From assembly GCA_965217185.1 (NCBI GenBank), contig OZ244252.1:384001-448000 (forward strand): DNA of 64,000 nucleotides. Direction: 5' to 3'. The stretch comes from an uncultured Candidatus Entotheonella sp. GTDB lineage: Bacteria; Tectomicrobia; Entotheonellia; Entotheonellales; Entotheonellaceae. This document shows positions 50,205 to 60,335 of the stretch, piece by piece (positions within the stretch are counted from its first letter, which is position 1; the number at the start of each line of letters is the position of its first letter). The notes beneath the pieces were generated by a model. It was not told the DNA's origin, searched no databases, and saw only the letters and a program-made list of their open reading frames with translations. Made by a program: the position numbers and the translations under genes.

Positions 50205-51416
50205 CTAAAACCTCATGACGGCTATCGGGTCGCCAGGAGAAAGCCGTTCGGCCTCTTCGGGAATGTCGATCAGGCAGTTGGCGAGGCTCATGGAGCGCAG
50301 AATGCCAGAGCCTTGCGGCCCGGTTGTGGTAACGGTCGGGGGCGTGTCGTTCTGGTTCAGAACGCCGCGTAGAAAGGCGCGCACCCCGCGGCGTTTCTCC
50401 ATGCCGTCTTGCAAGACGGCTTCGATGCGGGGCCGGAACAGTTCCCGGTGCCCGGTCATTTTCAACAGCGCCGGGCGTACGAAGAGCTCGAAGGTGACCA
50501 TCGAAGCGACGGGATTGCCGGGCAGCGAGAACACCGGCACGTGCCGCACCAGACCGAACGTGATCGGGCTGCCGGGCCGCATGGCTACTGTGTGGAACCG
50601 GGCGTTGAAATCCAGTCCGTTCAGACACTCCCGCACAAAATCAAACTGCCCCACCGACACCCCGCCGGAGGTAACCAGCACGTCCGCCCGCAGGCCGCTG
50701 GCGAGCCGTTCGCGGATTACGTCGCGCCGGTCCGGGGCCACGCCTAATAGAACCGGCACGCCGCCGGCCTCGGCCACCTGTCCCGCCAGCGTGTAGGAGT
50801 TGCTGTTGAGGATCTTGTCGCTATTGTCGGGGTCGCCGGGATCGGCAATCTCGTCGCCGGTGGCGAGGATGGCGACGCGCGGGCGCTGGTACACCCACGC
50901 TTGCGCCTGTCCCACCGACGCCAGAACGCCCAGTTCCGCCGGGCGCAGCGGGGTGTGCTGGGGCAGCACGCACTCGCCTTTGTGGATGTCTTCACCCCGG
51001 CGCCGCAGGTTGCTGGTCATGGGCGGTGCTTCGTAGATGGCGACCCTCGCGTCGTCCGCGTTGGTGTGCTCGATCTGCACCACGGTGTCGGCGCCTGCCG
51101 GAAGCGGGGCGCCGGTCATGATCTTGATTGCCGTGCCTGGCGTTATCTGGTGCTGAGGCGCTTTGCCGGCCGGCAGGGTTTCGAGGACGTCAAGGACGGC
51201 CGGCCTCTGGCTTGAGGAACCGGCCACGTCGGCGTGCCGCACGGCATAGCCGTCCATGGCGGAATTGTCGCTAAGGGGAATGTCGCGCGAGGCGTTGACG
51301 TCCTGGGCGCTGACGCGGTGCAGGGCGTCGAGGAGGGAAACCTTTTCCGCCCCAAGGGGGGCCACCGCGTTCAGAACGATGTCTTGTGCTTCGGCGACCT
51401 CTACGGCCTGTTTCAT
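50205..51416 (-). CDS. moeA: Molybdopterin molybdo/tungsto-transferase
   Basis: SAMDGYA, IMTGAPLP, SGGVSVG and LPGNP motifs. Confidence 0.95.
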   Translation of the reverse strand: MKQAVEVAEAQDIVLNAVAPLGAEKVSLLDALHRVSAQDVNASRDIPLSDNSAMDGYAVRHADVAGSSSQRPAVLDVLETLPAGKAPQHQITPGTAIKIMTGAPLPAGADTVVQIEHTNADDARVAIYEAPPMTSNLRRRGEDIHKGECVLPQHTPLRPAELGVLASVGQAQAWVYQRPRVAILATGDEIADPGDPDNSDKILNSNSYTLAGQVAEAGGVPVLLGVAPDRRDVIRERLASGLRADVLVTSGGVSVGQFDFVRECLNGLDFNARFHTVAMRPGSPITFGLVRHVPVFSLPGNPVASMVTFELFVRPALLKMTGHRELFRPRIEAVLQDGMEKRRGVRAFLRGVLNQNDTPPTVTTTGPQGSGILRSMSLANCLIDIPEEAERLSPGDPIAVMRF

Positions 51417-51425
51417 GCCGCTTCC

Positions 51426-52439
51426 CTATTGCGCCGCCAACAGATCGGCGAACTGTCCAACCGTGGTCGCAAAGTAGTGCGACCGGTTCCATTTCAGCAG
51501 CACCCGGTAGTTGGGATAAGTCAGAAAGGCGGGTCCACCAGGACCGCTGGGCAGGATGAGGGAGGCCGTCAACTGCCGAGTGGGCAGATCGTCCCCGTTG
51601 CTGCGGCGCACCCCCACGGCTTGCCACTCACCAAGGGACTTCTTCACCTCGAGGCCCTTCAGGTCGAAATCGAAGCCCTCCGGTAAGCGGACCTGCCGCC
51701 CCCAGGTTTGATCTTGCTTCCAGCCGGCCTCGGCGAGGTAATTGGCGGCGGAGGCGAAAACGTCAGGCAGCGTGCCCCAGATGTCGCGGCGCCCGTCACC
51801 GTCATGATCGACCGCAAATCGCTGGAAGCTCGACGGCATGAACTGACTTTGGCCCATGGCGCCGGCCCACGACCCCAGCATTTTGTCGGGCTGAATATGG
51901 CCGTCATCCACGATGCGCAGCGCCTCAAGCAACTGCCCGCGAAAGAACTCGCCACGCCGCCCGTCAAACGCCAAGGTCGCCAAGGAGTCGAGAACGGGGA
52001 AGCCACCGGTCACGCGCCCGAAATCGCTCTCGATGCCCCACAGCGCGACGATAAAGCGCGGCTGAACCCCATACGCGTCGCCGATTTCGGTTAGCAAGGC
52101 CCGATGCTTCCGCAACAATCGCTTGCCGCGGTTCACGCGTGCTGGCGGCAGCACCCGCGACAGGTACTCGGCGTATGTCAGGGTTCCCTCGGGCTGTTTG
52201 CGGTCGAGTTCGACGACACGGGCCCGAAATGTCAGGCCGGGCAGGACGGCATCCAGGGTCTCAGAGCTGATCCCCTCGGCCAAGGCGTCCTGGCGGAATG
52301 CCGTGACCCATGCCGTAAAGTCTTCCTCTTGGGCATCGGCGACGATGGCGTAACCCGTTGTCAGGAATAGCAATAACAGCAAAATTGCCGCCGGTTGGCG
52401 ACCGTTTCCGATTGCGTCCTGAAGCAACGTTTTGCGCAT
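51426..52439 (-). CDS. Lytic murein transglycosylase (MltB family)
   Basis: ALWGIESDFG, GSWAGAMGQSQFMPSS and WNRS motifs. Confidence 0.92.
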   Translation of the reverse strand: MRKTLLQDAIGNGRQPAAILLLLLFLTTGYAIVADAQEEDFTAWVTAFRQDALAEGISSETLDAVLPGLTFRARVVELDRKQPEGTLTYAEYLSRVLPPARVNRGKRLLRKHRALLTEIGDAYGVQPRFIVALWGIESDFGRVTGGFPVLDSLATLAFDGRRGEFFRGQLLEALRIVDDGHIQPDKMLGSWAGAMGQSQFMPSSFQRFAVDHDGDGRRDIWGTLPDVFASAANYLAEAGWKQDQTWGRQVRLPEGFDFDLKGLEVKKSLGEWQAVGVRRSNGDDLPTRQLTASLILPSGPGGPAFLTYPNYRVLLKWNRSHYFATTVGQFADLLAAQ

Positions 52440-52629
52440 GGATGGCTCCCTGGATCAGCCTCGTGAAAGGGGTGTTTAGTGGCCGTGTCAACAGCGACGC
52501 AAGGCTACTGACAGCACCTGTGTTTGTCAATCGGCGCCGCACCCATCGGGCGCATTGACTTCCAGGTATAGGTGGAAATAATATCGCGCGTAGCCACACG
52601 TTATCCATATAACAGCTTAAGGAGCGTGC

Positions 52630-53100
52630 ATGAAGGTCCTGCGTATTACTCCGCAGCGTTGCACCGGCTGCATGCGGTGCGAAATTGCCTGTTCGTACGA
52701 GCAGAGCGGCGTGTTTCAGCCCGCCAAGTCGGTGATCCGCATTTCCCCGTTCGAGGCGCATACGAGTTATGCCCCCTACACCTGCACCCAGTGTGATGAA
52801 GCCTGGTGCATGGTGGCCTGCCCGGTCAACGCGATTACCATTTCTCCCGTCGGCGCCAAAGTCATCCTGAACGACCTGTGCGTGGGCTGTAAGTTGTGCA
52901 CCATTGCCTGCCCGTACGGCACGATGTTTTATGATCCCGACACCACCAAGGCGACCAAGTGCAATCTCTGCGGCGGCGCGCCAGCGTGCGCCTCGGCCTG
53001 CCCGACGCAAGCCATCGAGTACGTCGATGCGGAGAGCGCGGACTGGCTGGGGAGCTTCGCGGCGGAACGCGCTGAAACGCAGTTGGCGCAACAGGCATAG
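52630..53100 (+). CDS. 4Fe-4S dicluster protein (AorA-like)
   Basis: Four Cys clusters (CTGCMRC, CTQC, CVGCKLC, CNLC). Confidence 0.93.
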   Translation: MKVLRITPQRCTGCMRCEIACSYEQSGVFQPAKSVIRISPFEAHTSYAPYTCTQCDEAWCMVACPVNAITISPVGAKVILNDLCVGCKLCTIACPYGTMFYDPDTTKATKCNLCGGAPACASACPTQAIEYVDAESADWLGSFAAERAETQLAQQA

Positions 53101-53109
53101 GGGGGAGCC

Positions 53110-54435
53110 ATGGCACGCACGCGGCACGTCATTGTCGGCGGCGGCACCGCCGGCATGAACGCCATTACCACGATTCGCCAGTACGACCGCGGCGCTTCCG
53201 AAATCATTCTGGTGGCCGATGAGCGCCCCTACTCGCGCATGGTGCTGCCGTATTACCTGAAGGGCAGTATCAGCGAGTCGCACGTCTTCACGGCCCCGCC
53301 GACACGCCTGCGCGCCCTGGGCGTGGAGCCATTCATCGGCAGACGCGCCGTCGGGGTCGATACGCAGACCAACACTCTGACGCTGGACGACGACACCGAA
53401 CTTCCTTACGACAATCTGCTCATCGCCACCGGCTCGTCGGCCGTGCGGGCGCCCGTTGCCGGCGCCGACGGCTCCGGCGTCCACAGCTTCTGGACCCTGG
53501 AACAGGCGCAGGGCGTCATTCGGGGCATCACGCCGGGTTGCTCGGTGGTGCTGGTTGGGGCCGGCTTCATCGCCTTCACCATTCTGAATTCCATCCTTGC
53601 GCTGGATGCCCAGCTTACGGTTGTGGAGATCGCGCCGCAGATTCTGCCGCGCATGATCGATGCGACGGGCGCCGACGTGGTGACGCGGTGGCTGCAGGAG
53701 CGGGGTGTCACGGTTCGCACCGGGGCGCAATTGAACGCCATCGAAGACGCCGACGGTCGCAAGCGGCTGCGCTTTCAGCAGGGCGAGGACGTGATGGCGG
53801 ACCAAGTGATCATGGCGACGGGTATCCGCACCAATCTCGACTGGCTGCAAGACTCGGGCATCACCATCAACCGGGGCATCGTGGTCGATGCGCACATGCG
53901 CTCCAACGTGCCCAACGTGTATGCCGCCGGCGACGTTGCCGAGGGCCGCGACGCCGTCACCGGAGAGCCGGCGCTGCATGCCATCGAGCCCACTGCGATG
54001 GAGCACGGACGCATCGCCGGGGCCAATATGGCGGGGCAGTCGCAGACGCATCGCGGCAGCCTGCTGATGAACATCGTGGAGGTGCTGGGGCTCGAAATCG
54101 CCAGCTTCGGGGCCTGGGACGACGCCAACGCCGAGGTTATGACCACACTGCGGCCGGAGCGCCCGGCGTACCGCAAGCTGTTGTGGCACGACGACCGCAT
54201 CACCGGGGCGATGATTCTCGGACCGGCGCGCGACATTTGGGCGACGAACGACGTGGGCATTCTGAAGGGACTGGTGCAGTCCGGGGTTTCGCTGCGCGAT
54301 TGGAAGTCGTACCTGCGGGACAATCTGTTCGACGTCAAGCGGGCGTTCATTGCCGCCGGCGCGACCGGTCGGCTGCTGCCGCAAACGGTTCTGGGCCGTC
54401 CGTCGGTGGCGGCGGAGTCGGTCGCCGTGCAATAG
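53110..54435 (+). CDS. FAD/NAD(P)-dependent oxidoreductase (AorC-like)
   Basis: GGGTAG, LLIATGS, GAGFI and YAAGDVAE motifs. Confidence 0.9.
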   Translation: MARTRHVIVGGGTAGMNAITTIRQYDRGASEIILVADERPYSRMVLPYYLKGSISESHVFTAPPTRLRALGVEPFIGRRAVGVDTQTNTLTLDDDTELPYDNLLIATGSSAVRAPVAGADGSGVHSFWTLEQAQGVIRGITPGCSVVLVGAGFIAFTILNSILALDAQLTVVEIAPQILPRMIDATGADVVTRWLQERGVTVRTGAQLNAIEDADGRKRLRFQQGEDVMADQVIMATGIRTNLDWLQDSGITINRGIVVDAHMRSNVPNVYAAGDVAEGRDAVTGEPALHAIEPTAMEHGRIAGANMAGQSQTHRGSLLMNIVEVLGLEIASFGAWDDANAEVMTTLRPERPAYRKLLWHDDRITGAMILGPARDIWATNDVGILKGLVQSGVSLRDWKSYLRDNLFDVKRAFIAAGATGRLLPQTVLGRPSVAAESVAVQ

Positions 54436-54488
54436 GCATGCGAAACGCCATTCGGACTGCAAACACTGTGCATTGAAGGACAAGCGAT

Positions 54489-56390
54489 ATGCAAGAGGAA
54501 CTGCCAGGTGGTTATGCCGGAAAGATTTTGCGGGTCGATTTGAGCCAGAATCGGACCTGGACCGAAGCCTGGACGGCCGAGATGTGCCGCACCTGCATCG
54601 GCGGGGTCGGGCTGGGCATCAAAATTTTGTGGGACGAGGTGCCGGCGGAGGTTGGCTGGGATCACGAGGACAACCGCTTGGTGCTGGCCACCGGTCCGCT
54701 GGCCGGGCTGCCGGCTTGGGGCACCGGCGGGCTCACCGTCGTGACGCGCGGCGCCCTGACCAACGGCGCCACCAATACGCAGGCCAACGGCTTTTTCGGC
54801 GCCAACCTGAAGTACTCCGGCTACGACGCCATCGTCCTGCAGGGGCGGGCGCCGGAGTGGGTCTATCTCTATATCCGTGACGACACCGTTGAACTGCGCG
54901 ATGCCTCGGCGCTGCTGGGCAAGGACACCTGGGAAACGCAAGAAGCCCTGGAGCAGATGCTTGATCTGACGGGTCACCAACTCAGCGTGTACACCAGTGG
55001 CTTGGCGGGTGAGAACCAGGTGCGGTTTGCCGCGATCCACGGTGATTACGGCCATGTGGCCAGCAAGAACGGCTGCGGCGCGGTGATGGGCAACAAGCGG
55101 TTGAAGGCGGTGGCCATCGTGCGCGGCAGCAAGGCGTTGCGCGCCGCCGACCCGCGCGGGTTGTGGATGGCCGCGCAGGAGATCGCCGAGGACCTGCAGT
55201 ACGATCCGTCGACGCGGTCGCTGTACGAATATGGCACGCTGCCTGGGGTGTCCGGCCTGTCGCGGCTCGGCGCCCTGCCGATCAAGAATTACACCACCAA
55301 CGTCGTTCCCGAAGGCGTGGACATGAGCCAATGGACGGCGCAGGGTCTGCGCGAGGGATTCGATCACCGCGGTCACCAGTGCAACTCGTGCGGCATGCAC
55401 CATTGCCACGCGCAGGTATTGCCTTCAGGACCGCACCAGGGCGCCATCGTCGACGAGCCGGAATACGAGGGCTGGTCCGGGGCGGGTTGGGCTTTCGGGT
55501 GCACCGATCCGGTGGCCACCTCGTGGCTCAACACGCAGGTGGACCGCGCCTGCGTGGACGTGAACGAGTTTGGCTGGCTCATGGGTTGGGTGGCCGAATG
55601 CCAGGAGAAGGGCTACATCACTAAGGAGCAGCTCGGCGGCATTACCATCACCTGGGGCGATGCCGAGGCGGCGAACGCGCTGCTGCAGATGACCATTCGC
55701 CGCGAGGGGTTCGGCGACGTGCTGGCCGAGGGCGTCAAGCGGGCGTCTGAGACGGTCGGTGGCCCCGCCGCCGAGTGCGCCATTTATGCGATGACGGGCA
55801 ACACGCCGCGCGGCCACGATCATCGGGCACGCTGGGAAGAAATGCTCGACACCTGCACGGGCAGCGGCGGCACCCTGGACAGCGGCCCGCCGGTGCTGCC
55901 TACCGAGATGGGGCAGCCGGCGCGCATCAATCCGTTCGATCCGGACGCCGTGGCGCGTATGGTCGGCGGCACGCGCGGCCGGCGGCAGTTCGAGGATTCC
56001 TTGGGGACGTGCATTTTTACGACCCGCACCCTGCTGTCCATATTGTGCCGAACCCTGAGTGCCGCCACTGGCTGGGATTTCACCAAGGACGAGGCGCTTC
56101 TGTTTGGCCGACGTACCGCCGCGCTGATGCGGGCGTTCAACATTCGCTGCGGCATCACGCCCGATCTGGAAAGGCCGTCCAAACGATATGGCTCCGTGCC
56201 CGTCGACGGTCCGGCCCAAGGCCAGGACATCGGCGCGCATTGGGAGCACCTGCTCGATGTCTGGTACGACATGGTCGGCTACGACCGCCAGACCGGCAAG
56301 CCCCTCCCGGCCACGCTGGAAGACCTGGGTCTGTCGCATATCGTTGCCGACCTCTGGGATGCCCAGGAGGCCACCCATGCCGGCACCTGA
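54489..56390 (+). CDS. Aldehyde:ferredoxin oxidoreductase family catalytic subunit
   Basis: GKILRVDL, GAVMGNKRLKA, C-x2-C-x3-C, EPEYE and DSLGTC motifs. Confidence 0.92.
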   Translation: MQEELPGGYAGKILRVDLSQNRTWTEAWTAEMCRTCIGGVGLGIKILWDEVPAEVGWDHEDNRLVLATGPLAGLPAWGTGGLTVVTRGALTNGATNTQANGFFGANLKYSGYDAIVLQGRAPEWVYLYIRDDTVELRDASALLGKDTWETQEALEQMLDLTGHQLSVYTSGLAGENQVRFAAIHGDYGHVASKNGCGAVMGNKRLKAVAIVRGSKALRAADPRGLWMAAQEIAEDLQYDPSTRSLYEYGTLPGVSGLSRLGALPIKNYTTNVVPEGVDMSQWTAQGLREGFDHRGHQCNSCGMHHCHAQVLPSGPHQGAIVDEPEYEGWSGAGWAFGCTDPVATSWLNTQVDRACVDVNEFGWLMGWVAECQEKGYITKEQLGGITITWGDAEAANALLQMTIRREGFGDVLAEGVKRASETVGGPAAECAIYAMTGNTPRGHDHRARWEEMLDTCTGSGGTLDSGPPVLPTEMGQPARINPFDPDAVARMVGGTRGRRQFEDSLGTCIFTTRTLLSILCRTLSAATGWDFTKDEALLFGRRTAALMRAFNIRCGITPDLERPSKRYGSVPVDGPAQGQDIGAHWEHLLDVWYDMVGYDRQTGKPLPATLEDLGLSHIVADLWDAQEATHAGT

Positions 56391-56721
56391 TGCCCCCCAA
56401 AACACCGTTGCTGTCGACGCCGGTGAGTTGGAGGTCGAAGTCGTCGCCTGGATTACCAAATTCGTCGGCGGCGACGGTAGCACCCGTAAGGTTTTCCACC
56501 TGCCCCTGCGGACGGGCGACACCGTCCGCAAGGCCCTTCGCCGTCTCAGCGGCCGCTTTCCGCAACTCCACAAAGCCCTGTGGGACCCCGCCACCGGCGG
56601 CCTCGCCGAGCACATCGAGGTGCTCATCAACGATGCCGTCCTCGACCTCACCCACAACCTGGACAGCCCCATCAGCCGGAGCGACAAGATCGCCCTCATC
56701 GGCCAGTATCTCGGGGGATGA
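56377..56721 (+). CDS. MoaD/ThiS-family sulfur carrier
   Basis: Ubiquitin-like fold ending in GG; AGGAGG RBS. Confidence 0.88.
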   Translation: MPAPDAPQNTVAVDAGELEVEVVAWITKFVGGDGSTRKVFHLPLRTGDTVRKALRRLSGRFPQLHKALWDPATGGLAEHIEVLINDAVLDLTHNLDSPISRSDKIALIGQYLGG

Positions 56722-56749
56722 AACCGTTTAGCCATAGGAGTCGCCGTTC

Positions 56750-58327
56750 ATGGCAGACCTGATCAGCCCTGCAACCCTGCTCGACCTTTTGGCAAGTGAC
56801 ACGCCTTGCGCCTGCATTGATGTCAGAGAGCCTGGCGAGTACAACAGCTCGCATATTCCTGGGGTGAGCCTGCTGCCGCGTCGGCAACTCGAATTTCACA
56901 TGCCCCTCGCGGTGCCCTTCCTGGGCACTCGGGTGGTGGTGTGTGACGACGATGGGCGCCGTGCGGCGCTGGCTGCCGCGACGTTGGAAGGCATGGGTTA
57001 CAGCCACGTGGCTGTCCTGCAAGGGGGCATCAACCGCTGGGTGAGCGAGAGTCACCCAACCGAATGGGGCACCAACGTGCCTAGCAAGGATTTCGGGGAA
57101 AAGGTGGAAGTGGTGCATCACGTGCCGGAGATCGAGGCAACCGACCTGCAGGCTCGTATGGCGCGAGGGGACAAGCTGCACATTGTCGACACCCGCACGC
57201 CTGAAGAGTTCCAGCGCTTCTGTATCCCTGGGGGGCACAGCGTTCCTGGGGGAGAATTGCCCCTGCGCATCACCGATATCATCGAACAACTGGAGCCGGA
57301 TACCACGGTCATTGTGAACTGCGCCGGACGTACCCGCAGCATTATGGGGACACGCCTGCTGCAGCGCATGGGTCTGGCCAACGTATATGGCCTGAAAAAC
57401 GGTACGGCAGGATGGCTTCTGGCCGGTTATCAACTGGAAACCGGCGCCGACCGATTGGAGTTGCCCGAGCCGTCGTCCGAAGGGCTTGCTGCTGCGGAAA
57501 CGTATGCAGCCAGATTGGCCAAAGAAGACGGCGTCCGTTTCCTGGACATCCCGGCCCTGCAGGCCATGATGGCCCGACGGGAACGGGAACCCCTTTATTT
57601 CATCGACGTGCGAACTGCAGACGAGTATGCCGGCGGCCACATCCCCGGATTTCGGTGGTTTCCCGGCGGCCAGGCTGTCCAGCGCTCCGACGACGTAGCG
57701 GTGGTGAAACCTTGCCCGGTCGTCTTCACCTGTGATCGCAAAGCCCGCGCCACCTGCACCGCCTCCTGGTATCGGCAGATGGGGTTTGCAGAAGTCTACG
57801 TTGTGGACGGTGGAACCGCAGCCTGGAGCGACAGCGGCCTGGCCCTGGAGCAAGGTGGGGAAGATGCGGCGCCAGTCGGCTTCGCCGCGGCGCAAGCCAA
57901 GACGCGTCTCGTGACGCCCCAGGTTCTGTACGCCGACTTGCCGCCGGTGGTCATTTTCGTTGACAGCAGCCAGGACTTTGCCCGTGCCCACGTGCCCGGC
58001 GCCAACTGGGTGCCGCGTGGCTGGTTGGAATTCCACATCGGCGCCCTGGCGCCCTCATACGAGACCCCCCTTGCCGTAACCTGTAACGATGGGCGTCAAG
58101 CTATGCTTGCGGGCGCCACGCTGACGGATCTGGGCTATCAGGCCGTTACCGTGCTGGAAGGCGGTATGGCTGCCTGGCAACACGCGGCCTTGCCGGTTGA
58201 GCGGGGCCTCTCCGGCGTCATGAATCCGCCCACGGACGTGGTGCTGTCCGGCCCGGACCGAAACTTCGCAGACATGATGCACTACCTGCGCTGGGAAGAA
58301 GCCTTGGGGACGAAGTACAGTTCCTAA
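56750..58327 (+). CDS. Four-domain rhodanese/sulfurtransferase
   Basis: Four D(V/T)R/DSS..(H/C)(I/V)PG units; NCAGRTRS active-site loop. Confidence 0.9.
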   Translation: MADLISPATLLDLLASDTPCACIDVREPGEYNSSHIPGVSLLPRRQLEFHMPLAVPFLGTRVVVCDDDGRRAALAAATLEGMGYSHVAVLQGGINRWVSESHPTEWGTNVPSKDFGEKVEVVHHVPEIEATDLQARMARGDKLHIVDTRTPEEFQRFCIPGGHSVPGGELPLRITDIIEQLEPDTTVIVNCAGRTRSIMGTRLLQRMGLANVYGLKNGTAGWLLAGYQLETGADRLELPEPSSEGLAAAETYAARLAKEDGVRFLDIPALQAMMARREREPLYFIDVRTADEYAGGHIPGFRWFPGGQAVQRSDDVAVVKPCPVVFTCDRKARATCTASWYRQMGFAEVYVVDGGTAAWSDSGLALEQGGEDAAPVGFAAAQAKTRLVTPQVLYADLPPVVIFVDSSQDFARAHVPGANWVPRGWLEFHIGALAPSYETPLAVTCNDGRQAMLAGATLTDLGYQAVTVLEGGMAAWQHAALPVERGLSGVMNPPTDVVLSGPDRNFADMMHYLRWEEALGTKYSS

Positions 58328-58504
58328 GTGATGTTACGCACCGTTTGAGTCAGAGTCATGAGCAGCTTGAGGTCCTTAGGTGGGTGTTTGTGAATGATCC
58401 TGCCCCTGCTTTGACCGGTTTCAGAGGTCGCCTTCCCAGCATCCGCCGCGCTCCCAGGAAGGCGTCGCTATTCACAAACGCCCGCTAAAGATGCGTAACA
58501 TCAC
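58328..58504. mobile_element. 177-bp MITE-like element with nested inverted repeats
   Basis: Perfect 13-bp TIRs (GTGATGTTACGCA) flanked by TTCCTAA direct repeats; inner IR pair at 58382-58395 and 58470-58483. Confidence 0.8.
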
Positions 58505-58628
58505 TTCCTAAATTTGGCGGCCAGGCTATGGGGAGGAGGGCAAGCAATGCTCCCCATTGAAATCATGGAGATGCTTGGCATCCTTGGCAGTTCCTTTTGA
58601 TCTGCGCGGACAGCCGGTCGGCCCTACA

Positions 58629-59518
58629 GGGCATCTCGAAAAATGTCTCCCAGATGGAGGCGGGTGACCATGGGTATGCCACCTCATGCCGGCGAGCATA
58701 TGAGACCGGCTTTCCCTATGCGTTCACTGTCTCAGGCACACCAAGCCCGCTTTGCAGAGCGGACATCCGGCAGACCCTGCCAATCCCCTTCACAGGCAAC
58801 CCACCATGGCCAGACGGCGCAATTGAACCAGGCGTCGCATGTTGTAGGCGGGGTTCTTAAGCTCTAGCCGCGCAGTCGCCCGCACGAGCCCGATGCTGCG
58901 AACCAGGGTTCCGCCCAGGTCGTTGCACTGTGGCCCGAAGACATGCTCTACGCGAGCCCGAAAACCGTGAACGACTCTTGTTGCCCGTTTTCTCCCAATC
59001 ATGCAACGGACGGCTACGACATGCTTGGTGATGGATCCGACTCGTCAATCCCCTTGGCTTTCACCCTCGCTTCCATATCTTTCAACCGGCAGGCGCTGTC
59101 CGCCTGGACGCCGCTTGCCGTGCTTTTTGTCCACCGCGCATCCGTGTCTATCTGACGGCGGCGGACCGGCTTGTCCGCCCATGCCTCGGGTATCTCGCCA
59201 TTGTTGATCTGCTCCTTATCGTCACGGCTGTTGCGTTGGATAGGGAGCGCGACAATCGACGCATCCACGATCGGGACGCCCATTGCCTGGTCGCCTTGGA
59301 TTTTCAGGCAAGCGTCGAATTCCTCGAACAAGACCTCGATCACACCCGCCCGTGACAACTGCTCGCGGTAGAGCCACGCCGTCCCTGGATCAAGTTCAGG
59401 GCAGGCTTTGGCGTCCGGCGCTTTGTCTTCAAGTGCCAGCCCCAGAGCCTGCCCCAGACTCGATCCGGGGAAGCGCACAGTAGTGATTCTCGACATCGAA
59501 AAAGCCCATCTGAGCCAT
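58629..59518 (-). mobile_element. IS5-family transposase relic
   Basis: Fragments MAQMGFFDVE, PDAK..WLYRE, IVDASIV, DTDARWTK and RARVEHVFG..LVRSIGLVRA in different frames; IS5-like end GGGCATCTCGAAAAA at 58629. Confidence 0.85.
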
Positions 59519-59654
59519 GTTCAATTCCTCTGGCCTCGCTGTGCGGAGATGCCGATAGCTTACGCATGGCACAAATCAAACTATCCCTCAAGACATCACA
59601 ACGTGGCGCGGCGAGACGCTGCTTCATGTCCGTGACTCGGTGCGATGGGGCGTC

Positions 59655-59682
59655 ATAAGACATAAATATAGTTATGTCTGAG
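59655..59682. other. dif-like or recombinase-type palindromic site
   Basis: ATAAGACATAA-ATATAG-TTATGTCTGAG, 11-6-11 layout, in an AT-rich patch. Confidence 0.4.
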
Positions 59683-60335
59683 ACCAAATAAATGTATGTT
59701 ATAAATGACTAGTCTTTTGTTTGTAAAGATATTAGACTAGCTAATATTTTATGCGCCCGTCCGGTGGGGGCTCTTGGCTACGGCCGCCGCCGCGCCGGGG
59801 TTGGAAAACGCAACTCGGGAGAGAGGTGGGGAATGCGTTCGATTGGTGCGACGTGGTTTGAATATTTTGGGTCGATGGCTGAAGGCGCTGGCCTTAACCG
59901 AGCGCCGAAGCCATGACTGCGCCTCGAGCGCGGGACGACAACCACCTGCCGTCATCGCCTGACCTCCTTGCGCCCCGCCGGGACGGCCGTTCCTCCTTCA
60001 CAGTTGTTCTCGCCGTCGGCCTGCCCCGCCGGCTTATGAAAGTCTGTTCCATAAGCCATCGGCGGCGATTTCCGAAGAAAAACGCGGTCTCTGGCGCCGA
60101 GCGCCTCTTCGCATCATGAACCGACAACCAGCCAGCTTCACCCAGGCACTGACGATGCCGACACCTTCGTCTTCGACCTCGACCACGGAAATGACGTCAT
60201 CACCGGGCCTGACCCGGAGTCCACTGATCCCGAATCGGGCCGGGCAGGCCCTTGGCCAGCGGAAGACCTGGACTCCGGACTCCACCGGAGCGACGCAGCA
60301 ACTATCGAGAGCTTCAAGATAGGAGAGCCTGAGAG

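Noticed and set aside
52261..55409. Long antisense ORFs (740 aa and 544 aa; likewise 8321-10348 and 61495-63270)
   Set aside because: Shadow frames of GC-rich genes on the opposite strand, with no recognisable motifs.
56719..56721. Other TGA stops as possible Sec codons (MoaD, comA, NAD kinase, AOR, partner protein)
   Set aside because: Each protein appears complete at its TGA (for example MoaD ends in GG), and I saw no conserved downstream continuation.
59749..60330. Short ORFs between the IS relic and the adhesin
   Set aside because: No motifs or convincing RBS, and they overlap palindromic repeats.
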